DNA of 64,000 nucleotides from a virus: the IMG/VR virus record IMGVR_UViG_3300034121_001395; one strand, given 5' to 3'. A program made the translations under genes and the position numbers. Each line of letters starts with the position of its first letter. Position 1 is the first letter of the stretch. The notes under the pieces are model-generated. The model made no database searches. It had not been told where the DNA came from and worked only from the letters and a program-made list of their open reading frames with translations. Shown here in pieces: positions 29,031 to 40,745 of this stretch.

Positions 29031-29447
29031 ATGTTAGGCCTAGGATTAAATTTGGCATACAAATATGTCAATCCAGTTGCTACTATTGGTAGTGATAATC
29101 CAGCAAATGCTGCTGAACCAGATGCTACAGCATGGGTGTTAATGGACGGTCCATGGTACAACACTCCGGGAGACCAAAGTTCTGGTTTTGTTGGCGGACA
29201 AAGTTGGCGTAAGATGGCTCCGATTGGATATGCACCATATGGTAACGAAACATATGTTTATGGAGATGAAGTTGTAAGATATGAAACTGGCGTTTGGCTC
29301 TATTTAAATTCTACACTTGGAGAAATAGCCAGAGCTTATAGTTATGAAGGCCGTCCTTGGTTGGTAACAACATGGAATAATGGTTTCTCTGCCGCAAAGA
29401 TTACTTCTTCATATGTGAAGACAACTAATTATCCTGAGGTTCCATAA
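29031..29447 (+). CDS. Hypothetical virion protein (MLGLGL start)
   Basis: 138 aa, tightly packed; contains a W...PW...TW module resembling the fibre C-terminal modules. Confidence 0.6.
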   Translation: MLGLGLNLAYKYVNPVATIGSDNPANAAEPDATAWVLMDGPWYNTPGDQSSGFVGGQSWRKMAPIGYAPYGNETYVYGDEVVRYETGVWLYLNSTLGEIARAYSYEGRPWLVTTWNNGFSAAKITSSYVKTTNYPEVP

Positions 29448-29468
29448 TAGTCTTATAAATAATATATT

Positions 29469-30215
29469 ATGGCAAAACCAGCATCACGCCAAGAATTAGC
29501 AGACTATTGTTTAAGAGCACTCGGTGCTCCAGTACTCGAAATCAACATCGATGAAGATCAGATTGAGGATCGTATCGATGAGGCACTTCAGTTTTATCAA
29601 GAGTATCATAGCGACGCGGTTGTGCGCACATTCTTAAAGCATCAGGTCACTCAAGCAGACTATGACAACAACTATATTACTCTACCCGATCAACTTATTA
29701 GTGTACTTCGCGTCCTAAACTTGAGCAGCGGTGATGCTGCTGATATGTTTAGCGTTAAATATCAGATGTTTTTAAATGATCTGTATGGACTACGCAAACC
29801 TGACTCACTCATCAACTATGAGATGACGAAACAGTATATGAACTCGATTGAGCTTATACTTACAGGCTCAACTCAGCAGATTATATTTACTCGTCACATG
29901 AATCGTCTGAGCATTCAAGACGACTGGAAAACTTATGTAAATATTGGTCAGTATATTATAATTGAAGGTTATCAAACCATCAACCCAAATGATTTTACTG
30001 ACGTGTACAATGATATGCTTCTTAAAAAATATCTTACCGCACTGTTAAAAAAACAATGGGGGACAAATTTGCTGAAATTTGAAGGCATGACTCTTCCAGG
30101 TGGAGTTACGATAAATGGTCGTGCAATCTATGAAGATGCAATTGCTGATATTGAAAAGATTGAGACTGATTTTGATACCAAGTATCAAATGCCCCCAGAT
30201 TTTTACATGGGTTAG
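29469..30215 (+). CDS. gp13: Neck protein gp13
   Basis: LADYCLRALGAPVLEINIDEDQIEDRIDEAL; KKQWGTNLLKFEGMTLPGGVTING; T4 synteny. Confidence 0.95.
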   Translation: MAKPASRQELADYCLRALGAPVLEINIDEDQIEDRIDEALQFYQEYHSDAVVRTFLKHQVTQADYDNNYITLPDQLISVLRVLNLSSGDAADMFSVKYQMFLNDLYGLRKPDSLINYEMTKQYMNSIELILTGSTQQIIFTRHMNRLSIQDDWKTYVNIGQYIIIEGYQTINPNDFTDVYNDMLLKKYLTALLKKQWGTNLLKFEGMTLPGGVTINGRAIYEDAIADIEKIETDFDTKYQMPPDFYMG

Positions 30216-30228
30216 TAGATAATACGTT

Positions 30229-31155
30229 ATGCCACGCAGTGTATATTTTAGTGAACGTTATAGAGCCGAGCAAAACTTACTTGAAGATTTGCTTATAGAG
30301 TCTATGAAAATTATGGGGCATGATGTCTATTATATACCTCGTAAAATTGTAAAGCAAGACTTTATCCTAAACGAGGATGTCATATCAACGTTTGATGCTT
30401 CATTTTCGATTGAGATGTATGTTGAAAGTGTTGATGGCTTTGAAGGTGATGGCGACCTTATGACAAAATTCGGACTTGAAGTTCGTGACCAGGTTACACT
30501 TGTCTGCAGTCGTCGTCGATGGAATGCTTTGATTGGACGTCATGGCTATACAAATGACGCAGTACGTCCGCGTGAAGGCGATCTTATCTATTTGCCACTA
30601 ACTGGTGGACTCTTTGAAATTAAATTTGTTGAAGACAAGAGTCCGTTTTTCCAACTTGGTGGTACTGGAGACAGCAAGGGGACGACTCCAACGTTTAAAC
30701 TTACATGCGAACTCTTTGAATATAGTGGTCAGGAAATTGATACTGGAGTGCCTGAAGTCGATCTTATACAAGTTGGACAGACCCAAAGTGCACGCGCTAT
30801 ACTAGACTTTGATGGAGATGTGCATGATCTTGGTGAAACATTAGTCTTTACATTACCTTCTGGAATTACAGGTGAGGCAGAACTGCTACAATACGAACAT
30901 ACTGAAGATGGCACGATAGCAAACTTTGGTACGCTGACATTTGATGATGGTGAGTTCCACTCATTAACAGTTGACACTACTATAGAAGGACAAACTACCG
31001 GCACAACTTCAACAATAACTTCTCTTATAGGATTAGAGGATGGAGATGCGGCACTCTATAATAATGACGCATTGACTCAAAATAGTTCGTTTGAAGTGAT
31101 TGGAAACGACTATATCGATTTTAGTGAAAGTAACCCATTTGGAGACCCGTCATAA
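30229..31155 (+). CDS. gp14: Neck protein gp14
   Basis: EQNLLEDLLIES...GHDVYYIPR; RPREGDLIYLP; FSESNPFG. Confidence 0.95.
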   Translation: MPRSVYFSERYRAEQNLLEDLLIESMKIMGHDVYYIPRKIVKQDFILNEDVISTFDASFSIEMYVESVDGFEGDGDLMTKFGLEVRDQVTLVCSRRRWNALIGRHGYTNDAVRPREGDLIYLPLTGGLFEIKFVEDKSPFFQLGGTGDSKGTTPTFKLTCELFEYSGQEIDTGVPEVDLIQVGQTQSARAILDFDGDVHDLGETLVFTLPSGITGEAELLQYEHTEDGTIANFGTLTFDDGEFHSLTVDTTIEGQTTGTTSTITSLIGLEDGDAALYNNDALTQNSSFEVIGNDYIDFSESNPFGDPS

Positions 31156-31158
31156 GAT

Positions 31159-31941
31159 ATGTTAAATTCATCATACTATTATAATGGAAACCTAAAGAAA
31201 ATTGTAGCAGTTTTTGGTACAATTTTTAATGATATTTCTATTGCAAAAAAGGTAAATGGTAAAATGACTGGAATACAACGTGTGCCTATATCATATGGTC
31301 CACACCAAAAGTTTTTGGCACGTCTGTCAAGTCAACAAAACGAAAAGTATGGTGATGTAGCGATTAAGCTTCCACGTATGAGTTTTGAGATTACTTCAAT
31401 AGCCTATGACTCGACGAGTAAATTAAACAAACTTAATAGTAAATTATATCTGGTTGAAGGTGACTCTGATACAAAGACCAAAATATATCAAGGCATTCCA
31501 TATAAAGTCAGTATTCAATTGAGTATACTTGCACATCATCAGGATGATGCGCTCCAGGTGTTTGAACAGATTGTTCCGTACTTTACACCTGATTATACAG
31601 TTGCAGTAAAAGATCTTGAAGGACCAGGTTCTATTACTGACGTACCTATATTGCTAACAGCCACAAATTTACAAGATGACTATGAAGGTGACTTTGGCAA
31701 CAGTCGTCGCACAATCATTTATACCCTTGATTTTGATATCAAATTTAAGTTTATGGGTATACAGTCTGGCCCATCAAAAATTATTAAAGTTGTTGATGTT
31801 GACCTCTATGATACGCCTATAATGCCAGATGCATTACCAGTTGATGGTGTGCGAGTTGAGTTGGGTGATCCTATAAATGATACTCCAGAAAACTATACTG
31901 TCATTACGACTTACGGATTTGATGAAAGCCCTATACCATGA
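31159..31941 (+). CDS. gp15: Tail sheath stabilizer/terminator gp15
   Basis: FGTIFNDI; VPISYGP.QKFLARL; LPRMSFEI; EQIVPYFTP. Confidence 0.95.
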   Translation: MLNSSYYYNGNLKKIVAVFGTIFNDISIAKKVNGKMTGIQRVPISYGPHQKFLARLSSQQNEKYGDVAIKLPRMSFEITSIAYDSTSKLNKLNSKLYLVEGDSDTKTKIYQGIPYKVSIQLSILAHHQDDALQVFEQIVPYFTPDYTVAVKDLEGPGSITDVPILLTATNLQDDYEGDFGNSRRTIIYTLDFDIKFKFMGIQSGPSKIIKVVDVDLYDTPIMPDALPVDGVRVELGDPINDTPENYTVITTYGFDESPIP

Positions 31942-32396
31942 AAAAAGACAAAGACAGCATACTAGCGTCTCTTGAAAAAAACGTTTTACCAGTAAAACAC
32001 GAGATTGCAATTGCGGATGGCGCACCAGTTGGTCCATCGCATGACGAAATTGTGCTGCACGCTGAGGAAGATTATCGATTTGCTCGTGAACGTATTAAAA
32101 AACTTATAGACACGAGTGATGAGGCCATAAGTACAATGCATGCTCTTGCAAGTGATGCTGAACATCCACGCGCATTCGAAGTCCTTGCTGGCATGATAAA
32201 AACTGCAGCTGATATAAATGGACAGTTATTAGGACTGCAAAAAGAACGCAAAAAAATTATACAGGTTGACGATAAACGAGGACAACCTGCTGCTCAAAGT
32301 ACTACAAATAATGCTATATTTGTTGGCACCACTACAGAACTGCAAAAGTTGTTGAGAGGTGATGCTAATAGAGATGAACCTATTGATGTTGAATGA
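31938..32396 (+). CDS. gp16: Terminase small subunit gp16
   Basis: EHPRAFEVLAGMIK; TTNNAIFVGTTTELQKLL. Confidence 0.93.
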   Translation: MKKDKDSILASLEKNVLPVKHEIAIADGAPVGPSHDEIVLHAEEDYRFARERIKKLIDTSDEAISTMHALASDAEHPRAFEVLAGMIKTAADINGQLLGLQKERKKIIQVDDKRGQPAAQSTTNNAIFVGTTTELQKLLRGDANRDEPIDVE

Positions 32397-33286
32397 CTAC
32401 TCCAGATTCGTATAATGGCAATCCATATATCAAGAGAGACGGTATTCAACAACAGTTTACCGCTCATGAAATATCTGAGTATAAAAAATGTATGGCGAGT
32501 GTGTCATACTTTGCTGAACACTATGTAAAGGTTATAAATCTTGATCGTGGACTCGTAAATTTTAAGTTGCGCGGCTATCAAGAAAAGATGGTCGATCACT
32601 TTACGCACAACAGATTTAGTATTGTACTTGCGTGTCGTCAAAGCGGAAAGTCTGTGACAAGTGTTGCATGGTTGTTACATTATGCAATATTTAACCCTGA
32701 TAAGAAAATAGGTATACTAGCAAACAAAGGGGCGACTGCGCGTGAGATGTTGAGTCGTCTTACACTTATGCTTGAAAACTTACCATTTTTCTTGCAACCT
32801 GGTTGCAAAATCCTAAATAAAGGAAACATAAAATTTAGTAATAACTCTGAAGTTATTGCTGCAGCAACAAGTGGTTCAAGTATTCGTGGCTTGTCAATGA
32901 ATGTTATCTTCCTTGACGAGTTTGCGTTCGTGCATGGAGCAAACGAGTTTTATACGAGTACCTACCCAGTTATTTCTTCTGGTAAAGATACAAAGGTTAT
33001 AATAACGAGCACTCCTAATGGAGTTGGTAATATGTTTTATAAGCTTTGGGAGGGAGCAATACAGGGCACAAATGAGTTTCAATCATTTACAATTCGTTGG
33101 AATGATGTGCCAGGACGAGATGAGGAATGGAAACGTCAGACAATTGCAAACAGTAGTGAACTACAATTTACTCAGGAATTTGAATGTTTATCAGGTGATT
33201 CTGAAGTTGATGTTATTATAAATAACAAAAAAGTTAAAGTCAAACTTAAGAATTTATATGAAACATATCCTTTACAAAATAACTAG
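32393..33286 (+). CDS. gp17: Terminase large subunit gp17, N-terminal fragment (264 aa) fused to a 33-aa split-intein N-part
   Basis: Walker A CRQSGKS, Walker B IFLDEFAF, ITSTPNG; ends QEFE|CLSGDSEVDVIINNKKVKVKLKNLYETYPLQNN* (Cys1 codon 33185-33187). Confidence 0.95.
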   Translation: MTTPDSYNGNPYIKRDGIQQQFTAHEISEYKKCMASVSYFAEHYVKVINLDRGLVNFKLRGYQEKMVDHFTHNRFSIVLACRQSGKSVTSVAWLLHYAIFNPDKKIGILANKGATAREMLSRLTLMLENLPFFLQPGCKILNKGNIKFSNNSEVIAAATSGSSIRGLSMNVIFLDEFAFVHGANEFYTSTYPVISSGKDTKVIITSTPNGVGNMFYKLWEGAIQGTNEFQSFTIRWNDVPGRDEEWKRQTIANSSELQFTQEFECLSGDSEVDVIINNKKVKVKLKNLYETYPLQNN

Positions 33287-33893
33287 AAGTGATGGTCAAA
33301 AATATATTGGTATCACTATTGATTATAGACTAAAAAATAGAATGTCCCAACATAAAATAAGTGATAAATTTAAAGGTTATGATTTTGAATATGAAATATT
33401 GCTAGAATCTGATGATAGATCTGTCATTGAAATAGCAGAAGAAAAAGCAATAGATGAATATGATACATTTAATAATGGATTAAATTCTACTAAAAGCGGA
33501 AAAGGGTATGGACACAATTCATCGTCATTTACTACATTTGGTTATAAATTCGACGATGAATCTAGACAGAAAATGTCTTTAGCAGCAAAGGGACGAGCTA
33601 AGCGTGAAGGATTTGAAATTAGATCTAATAGAAGTAAAAAATTTTATAATGATAATCCAGAAGTGCGAGAAAAAATATCAAAAAATAGACGTGGAAAAAA
33701 GGCGGCATTTAAATTAAATGATAATGATATTGCTCTACTAATAGAACAATATACTACGTTTGACCATCCAGATATTGGTAAAAAATCAAAAAATGGAAGA
33801 ATACTTACCAAACAAAGAGTTTTTTCCAATGTTATTGCTCGTTTTTTTAATGTCACTCCAGTTGCAATATATGGGTATGTAAAAGATTTGTAG
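33258..33893 (+). mobile_element. Free-standing GIY-YIG homing endonuclease interrupting terL
   Basis: ILYKIT...KYIGIT...R...H and E...NGLN motifs; NUMOD3-like ESRQKMS; lies between the two terL halves and is very AT-rich. Confidence 0.88.
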
Positions 33894-33894
33894 T

Positions 33895-35013
33895 ATGCAA
33901 AACGTTTTAATTAAAAATGGTGATGGTGAATATGTTAAATTTGATGGTGTGCGAAAAACTGTACACGACAAATATATCAAATTAACACTATCTACAAATA
34001 AAATCATAAAATGTTCAGTTGATCATAGATTTGTCGTTAATGATAATATTATTTTCGCTAACAGATTAGAGATTGGAGACCATATAAACTCTAATAATAA
34101 AATTATTCATATTGAAATCGTTAACGAATCAATTGATTTATATGATCCCATTAATGTTAGCAATTCTCATACCTTTTATCATGATGACAATATCATTTCA
34201 CATAATTGTAATTTTATTGGCAGTAGTCAAACATTAATAGGTTCAGACACTCTATTGGGGCTGCAATCATATGATCCGTTGCAATTACAACATGGCATAC
34301 GCTATTATATTGAACCAATTGAAGGTCATGACTATATAATAACCGCAGATGTCAGTAAAGGACGCGGTCAAGATTACAGCACTTTTACAGTATTTGATAT
34401 ATCTGGAGTTGATGGTGTCTTTAAACAGGTGTGTACCTATAGAGATAATCTTGTGTCTCCACTTATGTTTCCAGAATTTATTGTTCGTGCCGCGAAAACA
34501 TACAATGATGCGCTTGTAATAGTTGAAAACAATGATGCTGGACAAGTTGTGTGTAATGCAATCTATTATGACTATGAATATGACAATACTTTTGTGCAAA
34601 GCTCAGTAAAAAGCAGTGGCATTGGGGTGACTATGACAAAACGTGTAAAACGTATTGGTTGTAGTAACTTAAAAGACCTGCTTGAGAGTGGTAAACTTCA
34701 ACTATGTGACGCAGACACAATAGTTGAACTCAGCAGTTTTGAACCAAAGGGAGACAGCTATGCAGCTCGTGGAAACACACATGACGATATGGTTATGAAT
34801 CTTGTACTCTTTGCTTGGTTTGTAAGTACAGATGCGTTTGGAGGACTCAGTAATATTGAACTAAAATCACTGCTCTATAGTGAAAAAATTAAAGAGATGG
34901 AAGAGGACTTGCCTCCATTTGGTATATTTGATACTCCACAAACATCACAAACTCCTAGCATGATTGACTATGAACGCCAAGTGTCATCGCTTCAAGAGTG
35001 GAATGCGCTGTAA
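33895..35013 (+). CDS. gp17: 104-aa split-intein C-part fused to terminase gp17 C-terminal (nuclease) fragment
   Basis: Block B CSVDH, block F LYDPINV, block G ISHN|C (His-Asn 34201-34206, Cys+1 34207-34209); then CNFIGS...ADVSKGRGQDYS...VENND...HDDMVM. Confidence 0.95.
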   Translation: MQNVLIKNGDGEYVKFDGVRKTVHDKYIKLTLSTNKIIKCSVDHRFVVNDNIIFANRLEIGDHINSNNKIIHIEIVNESIDLYDPINVSNSHTFYHDDNIISHNCNFIGSSQTLIGSDTLLGLQSYDPLQLQHGIRYYIEPIEGHDYIITADVSKGRGQDYSTFTVFDISGVDGVFKQVCTYRDNLVSPLMFPEFIVRAAKTYNDALVIVENNDAGQVVCNAIYYDYEYDNTFVQSSVKSSGIGVTMTKRVKRIGCSNLKDLLESGKLQLCDADTIVELSSFEPKGDSYAARGNTHDDMVMNLVLFAWFVSTDAFGGLSNIELKSLLYSEKIKEMEEDLPPFGIFDTPQTSQTPSMIDYERQVSSLQEWNAL

Positions 35014-35104
35014 AAGTGACTTTTTATAAATATCGATAGATTGAATTTTTCTTATTATGCAACTTAAACTTATAATTACAACACTGAAAGAAAGATAAAA
35101 ATAT

Positions 35105-36820
35105 ATGGCAACCTTACAAAGCGTAGGAGTGCAAGTCACAGAAACAGACTTGACACCAGTAACACAACCAGTATCAGCATCAGTCGGAGCGTATGTCGGT
35201 CACTTTAATTGGGGTCCAGCAGACGAAGTTACTAATGTTGGTTCTGAAACGGCATTAGGAAAACTCTTTGGCACACCAAGTAAAAGTGATGATGTCAATG
35301 CGGCGTCATTCCTAACTGCAGAAAGTTTTCTTAAATATGGAAATTCGTTGAGAGCAATTCGTACAGTTGATAGCGCTACAGCAAAAAATGCTGCTGCCGT
35401 TGCTGGTTATGAAGGCACATCTGAATTTGCCACATTAATTAAAAACAAAACACAATTTGATAATTTATCAACAAATGAATTACAAGCTCCATTGTACTCA
35501 CGTTACCCTGGTGAACTTGGTAATTCATTAAGTGTACAAATTTTTCATAAAGACAACCAAGGGACTACTTCAGTAGAATCTAAAAAGTTCTTCACTAATT
35601 TAGCTGATACTACTCTTTGGGCAGAGGAAGTTGCCGAAACACAACTAGCTTCAGACGAAATTCATATTGCAGTTTATGATGAAAAAGGATTAATTAGCGG
35701 AACAAAGGGTACAGTACTTGAAACCTGGCAAGGTCTTTCATTGCATCCAGATGCGCGCAATTCAAATGGTTCCAATAACTATTGGGCTGATGTAATTAAC
35801 CTCGGTTCAGAATTTATCTATGTAACAGCTCCACTTGACGTCGCATCATTATCAACTGATACATATTCTTTGTCTGGAATTGGATTTTATTCCTTTGTTG
35901 GTGGTGCTAATGGAACAAGAGACATTGATAATGTAGTTAATTCTTTAAGCATACTAGAAGACACTGATAATATTGATGTTAATTTGATATTTGCTGAAGC
36001 ATTTATTGGTGATAATGCAAATGAAATTAATGCAGCATTAATTTCAGTTGTTGAGAATCGCAAAGATTCTATTGCATTTTTATCGGCTCCACTTAACTTA
36101 TACACACTATCAACAGATGATGCAAAATTAACTGCACTTAAAACCGCAAAGGAATCATTTTCATCTACAAGCAATAGCATTTTAAGTTACACAGTATTTG
36201 ATAGTACTCCTGTATATGTGTACAATAAGTACGCTGATCGTTATGAGTGGGTTCCAGCATGCGGTCATATGGCAGGTCTCTGTGCATACACTGATGAAAT
36301 CTCTGATCCATGGTTCTCACCAGCAGGATTTAATCGTGGTCAATTGCGTGGAGTCACTAAGTTGGCATACAATCCAAAAAGTATTGATCGTGATGATTTA
36401 TACAACTCTAATATCAATCCAATTGTGAACGTTACTGGCCAAGGGATTATTCTCTATGGAGACAAAACCGGCCAAACACGTCCAAGTGCATTTGATCGTA
36501 TAAACGTGCGTCGTCTTTTCATCACAATACAACGTGTGTGTGCACAAGCTGCTAAATTCCAGTTGTTTGAATTAAACGATGAATTTACTCGTAATGCATT
36601 TATTAATACGATTGACCCATACTTACGAGACGTTCAAGGACGTCGTGGTATTACTGACTATAAGGTTGTATGTAATGAAACAAATAATACACCGCAAGTA
36701 ATTGATACCAATCGTTTCGTGGCTGACATCTATATCAAACCTGCTCGTTCAATTAATTATATTTCACTTAATTTTATTGCAACACGCACTGGTATATCAT
36801 TCACTGAAATTGGAGCATAA
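35105..36820 (+). CDS. gp18: Tail sheath protein gp18
   Basis: FNWGP; PWFSPAGFNRG; SAFDRINVRRLF; IYIKPARSINYISLNF. Confidence 0.97.
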   Translation: MATLQSVGVQVTETDLTPVTQPVSASVGAYVGHFNWGPADEVTNVGSETALGKLFGTPSKSDDVNAASFLTAESFLKYGNSLRAIRTVDSATAKNAAAVAGYEGTSEFATLIKNKTQFDNLSTNELQAPLYSRYPGELGNSLSVQIFHKDNQGTTSVESKKFFTNLADTTLWAEEVAETQLASDEIHIAVYDEKGLISGTKGTVLETWQGLSLHPDARNSNGSNNYWADVINLGSEFIYVTAPLDVASLSTDTYSLSGIGFYSFVGGANGTRDIDNVVNSLSILEDTDNIDVNLIFAEAFIGDNANEINAALISVVENRKDSIAFLSAPLNLYTLSTDDAKLTALKTAKESFSSTSNSILSYTVFDSTPVYVYNKYADRYEWVPACGHMAGLCAYTDEISDPWFSPAGFNRGQLRGVTKLAYNPKSIDRDDLYNSNINPIVNVTGQGIILYGDKTGQTRPSAFDRINVRRLFITIQRVCAQAAKFQLFELNDEFTRNAFINTIDPYLRDVQGRRGITDYKVVCNETNNTPQVIDTNRFVADIYIKPARSINYISLNFIATRTGISFTEIGA

Positions 36821-36856
36821 TAAAACGTATAAATACTAAATATATAGAAAAATACA

Positions 36857-37396
36857 ATGAGTAATTTATCACAATTTAAAAATCAATTTTTAGGTGGAGC
36901 TCGTCCAAATCTATTTGAAGCAGAAATTTATTTTCCAAGCAATGTTGCCAGTGGTGCTACGGCATCATTAAAGTCACGTTTCTTAGTTAAGGCTGCACAA
37001 CTTCCAAGTAGTATTATTGCTCCTATTGAAGTGCCATATCGTGGACGTAAATTAAAAGTTGCTGGAGATCGTACATTTGAACCATGGACAATCACAGTAA
37101 TTAATGACAGCAAAATGGAAATTCGCAACGCGTTTGAAAACTGGATGAATTTGATTAATCGTCATGCTTCAAACACAAGTGCGTACACTGCTGCTCCACT
37201 TGGTTACTACAAAGACCTGCACATCAAACAATTAACACGTGAAGATGCAAACCCTACGAAAAAATATACATTCGTGGGTGCATTTCCAACAAATATAGGT
37301 GCAATTGAGCTTAATTACGAAACTAATGATACTGTAGAAGAATTTACAGTTGAATTAAACTATCAGTATTGGACTTCTGATAGTACTATTGGGTAA
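36857..37396 (+). CDS. gp19: Tail tube protein gp19
   Basis: GGARPNLF; GRKLKVAGDRTFEPWTITVIND; EEFTVELNYQYW. Confidence 0.97.
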   Translation: MSNLSQFKNQFLGGARPNLFEAEIYFPSNVASGATASLKSRFLVKAAQLPSSIIAPIEVPYRGRKLKVAGDRTFEPWTITVINDSKMEIRNAFENWMNLINRHASNTSAYTAAPLGYYKDLHIKQLTREDANPTKKYTFVGAFPTNIGAIELNYETNDTVEEFTVELNYQYWTSDSTIG

Positions 37397-37423
37397 TTAG
37401 TTTTTGCACTATAAATATATATT

Positions 37424-39049
37424 ATGAAGCTATTTGGCTATGAAATATCAAAGGTAATCAATAAAAAAGATACCTCAGAACTTAATACAGTACCATCGTT
37501 TTCAGCTCCAATTGAAAACGATGGTACTTCTGTTATAACGTCATCGGCTACTGCCGGTTATTATGGACAGGTACTTGACATTGATGGTACTGCTCTTACA
37601 AATGAAAAGGATCTGATTTTAAAATGTCGTGCGGCATCAACTCAACCAGAATGTGACTCTGCCATATCAGATATTATAAATGCGTCAATCATCTCAGACT
37701 CTGATGGCTCTCCAGTTAACCTAGTACTTGATAATCTAGAACAACCTGAAAACATCAAGAAAAAGATTCTTGAAGAATTTGCTACAATTACTAAACTGTT
37801 ATCATTTAACTACAACGGGCAAGACATCTTTAGAAAGTGGTATATTGATGGTAAGGTTTATTACCACATGATGGTTGACCCTAAAAAGCCAAAAGAAGGT
37901 ATCAAGGAACTGCGTGCGATTGATCCATTAAAAATTAAAAAGGTCAAAGAAATAACGACCAAAGTTGATAAAGTTACTGGAGTAAAAACTTCAGATGTTA
38001 CCGCAGAATATTTCTTATATTCAGACGACTTTAACAGTAACAGTGGCTTTAAGATTGACCCTAATAGTATAGTCTATGCTCCGTCTGGACTACTTGATGA
38101 AAGCAATAAGTTTGCAGTTTCATATCTACACAAGAGTGTAAAGTTGGTTAACCAATTGCGTATGATGGAAGACGCACTTGTGATCTATCGTATATCGCGC
38201 GCACCAGAACGTCGTATTTTCTATATTGATATTGGTAACTTGCCAAAGGGTAAGGCTGAAGAGTATGTCCAGGGAATTATGGCGAAATATCGCAATAAAC
38301 TTGTCTATGACGCAAACACCGGTGAAATACGTGATGATCGTAAAAGCATGAGTATGCTTGAAGACTTTTGGTTGCCTCGTCGTGAAGGTGGTCGTGGCAC
38401 AGAAATTACTACACTCCCGGGCGGAGACAATCTCAGCCAGATTGAAGACGTAATTTTCTTTCAAAAGAAACTTTATCGCTCACTAAATGTACCAGTTAAT
38501 CGCCTTGAGAGTGAAACTGGATTTAATATTGGTAGGGCGAGTGAGATATCACGTGAAGAGGTCAAGTTCCAAAAGTTCATCAACCGGTTACGTAAAAAGT
38601 TTTCAATGCTCTTTATTGAAGCACTGCGAGTGCAGTTGTTATTAAAAGGAATATGCACTACAGATGATTGGGAAACTATACGCGAAGGCATTTCGGTTGA
38701 CTATATTGAAGACAACTATTTTTCGGAATTAAAAGACTTTGAGATTATGCGGGAACGTATAAACATGCTTGATACTATAAGTTCTCATATTGGCAAATAC
38801 TATAGTGACAAGTGGGTGCGCAGCAATGTACTTAATCAATCTGAAGCTGATATTGAGCGCATGAACGCTGAGATCTCTGAAGAAAAACCTGCTGAAGAGT
38901 CTCCACCAGAGGAGTCTAGCGGAGATGAAGAGTCAGTAAATTTTGAAAGCACCTCAGGCGACACATATATAGATAATAGTCATAAAGAAGAAATTCATGA
39001 AGCTCAATTAAAAATGATTGAGAGTATGACTAAAATTCTAGAAGAATAG
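37424..39049 (+). CDS. gp20: Portal protein gp20
   Basis: NQLRMMEDALVIYRISRAPERRIFYIDIGNLPK; EDFWLPRREGGRGTEITTLPGG. Confidence 0.97.
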   Translation: MKLFGYEISKVINKKDTSELNTVPSFSAPIENDGTSVITSSATAGYYGQVLDIDGTALTNEKDLILKCRAASTQPECDSAISDIINASIISDSDGSPVNLVLDNLEQPENIKKKILEEFATITKLLSFNYNGQDIFRKWYIDGKVYYHMMVDPKKPKEGIKELRAIDPLKIKKVKEITTKVDKVTGVKTSDVTAEYFLYSDDFNSNSGFKIDPNSIVYAPSGLLDESNKFAVSYLHKSVKLVNQLRMMEDALVIYRISRAPERRIFYIDIGNLPKGKAEEYVQGIMAKYRNKLVYDANTGEIRDDRKSMSMLEDFWLPRREGGRGTEITTLPGGDNLSQIEDVIFFQKKLYRSLNVPVNRLESETGFNIGRASEISREEVKFQKFINRLRKKFSMLFIEALRVQLLLKGICTTDDWETIREGISVDYIEDNYFSELKDFEIMRERINMLDTISSHIGKYYSDKWVRSNVLNQSEADIERMNAEISEEKPAEESPPEESSGDEESVNFESTSGDTYIDNSHKEEIHEAQLKMIESMTKILEE

Positions 39050-39053
39050 CTCT

Positions 39054-40741
<1,688 letters not shown>

Positions 40742-40745
<4 letters not shown>

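Noticed and set aside
32393-35013. terL as a pseudogene or sequencing frameshift
   Set aside because: Both halves are intact, with complete intein motifs at the exact junction and a coherent endonuclease ORF between them.
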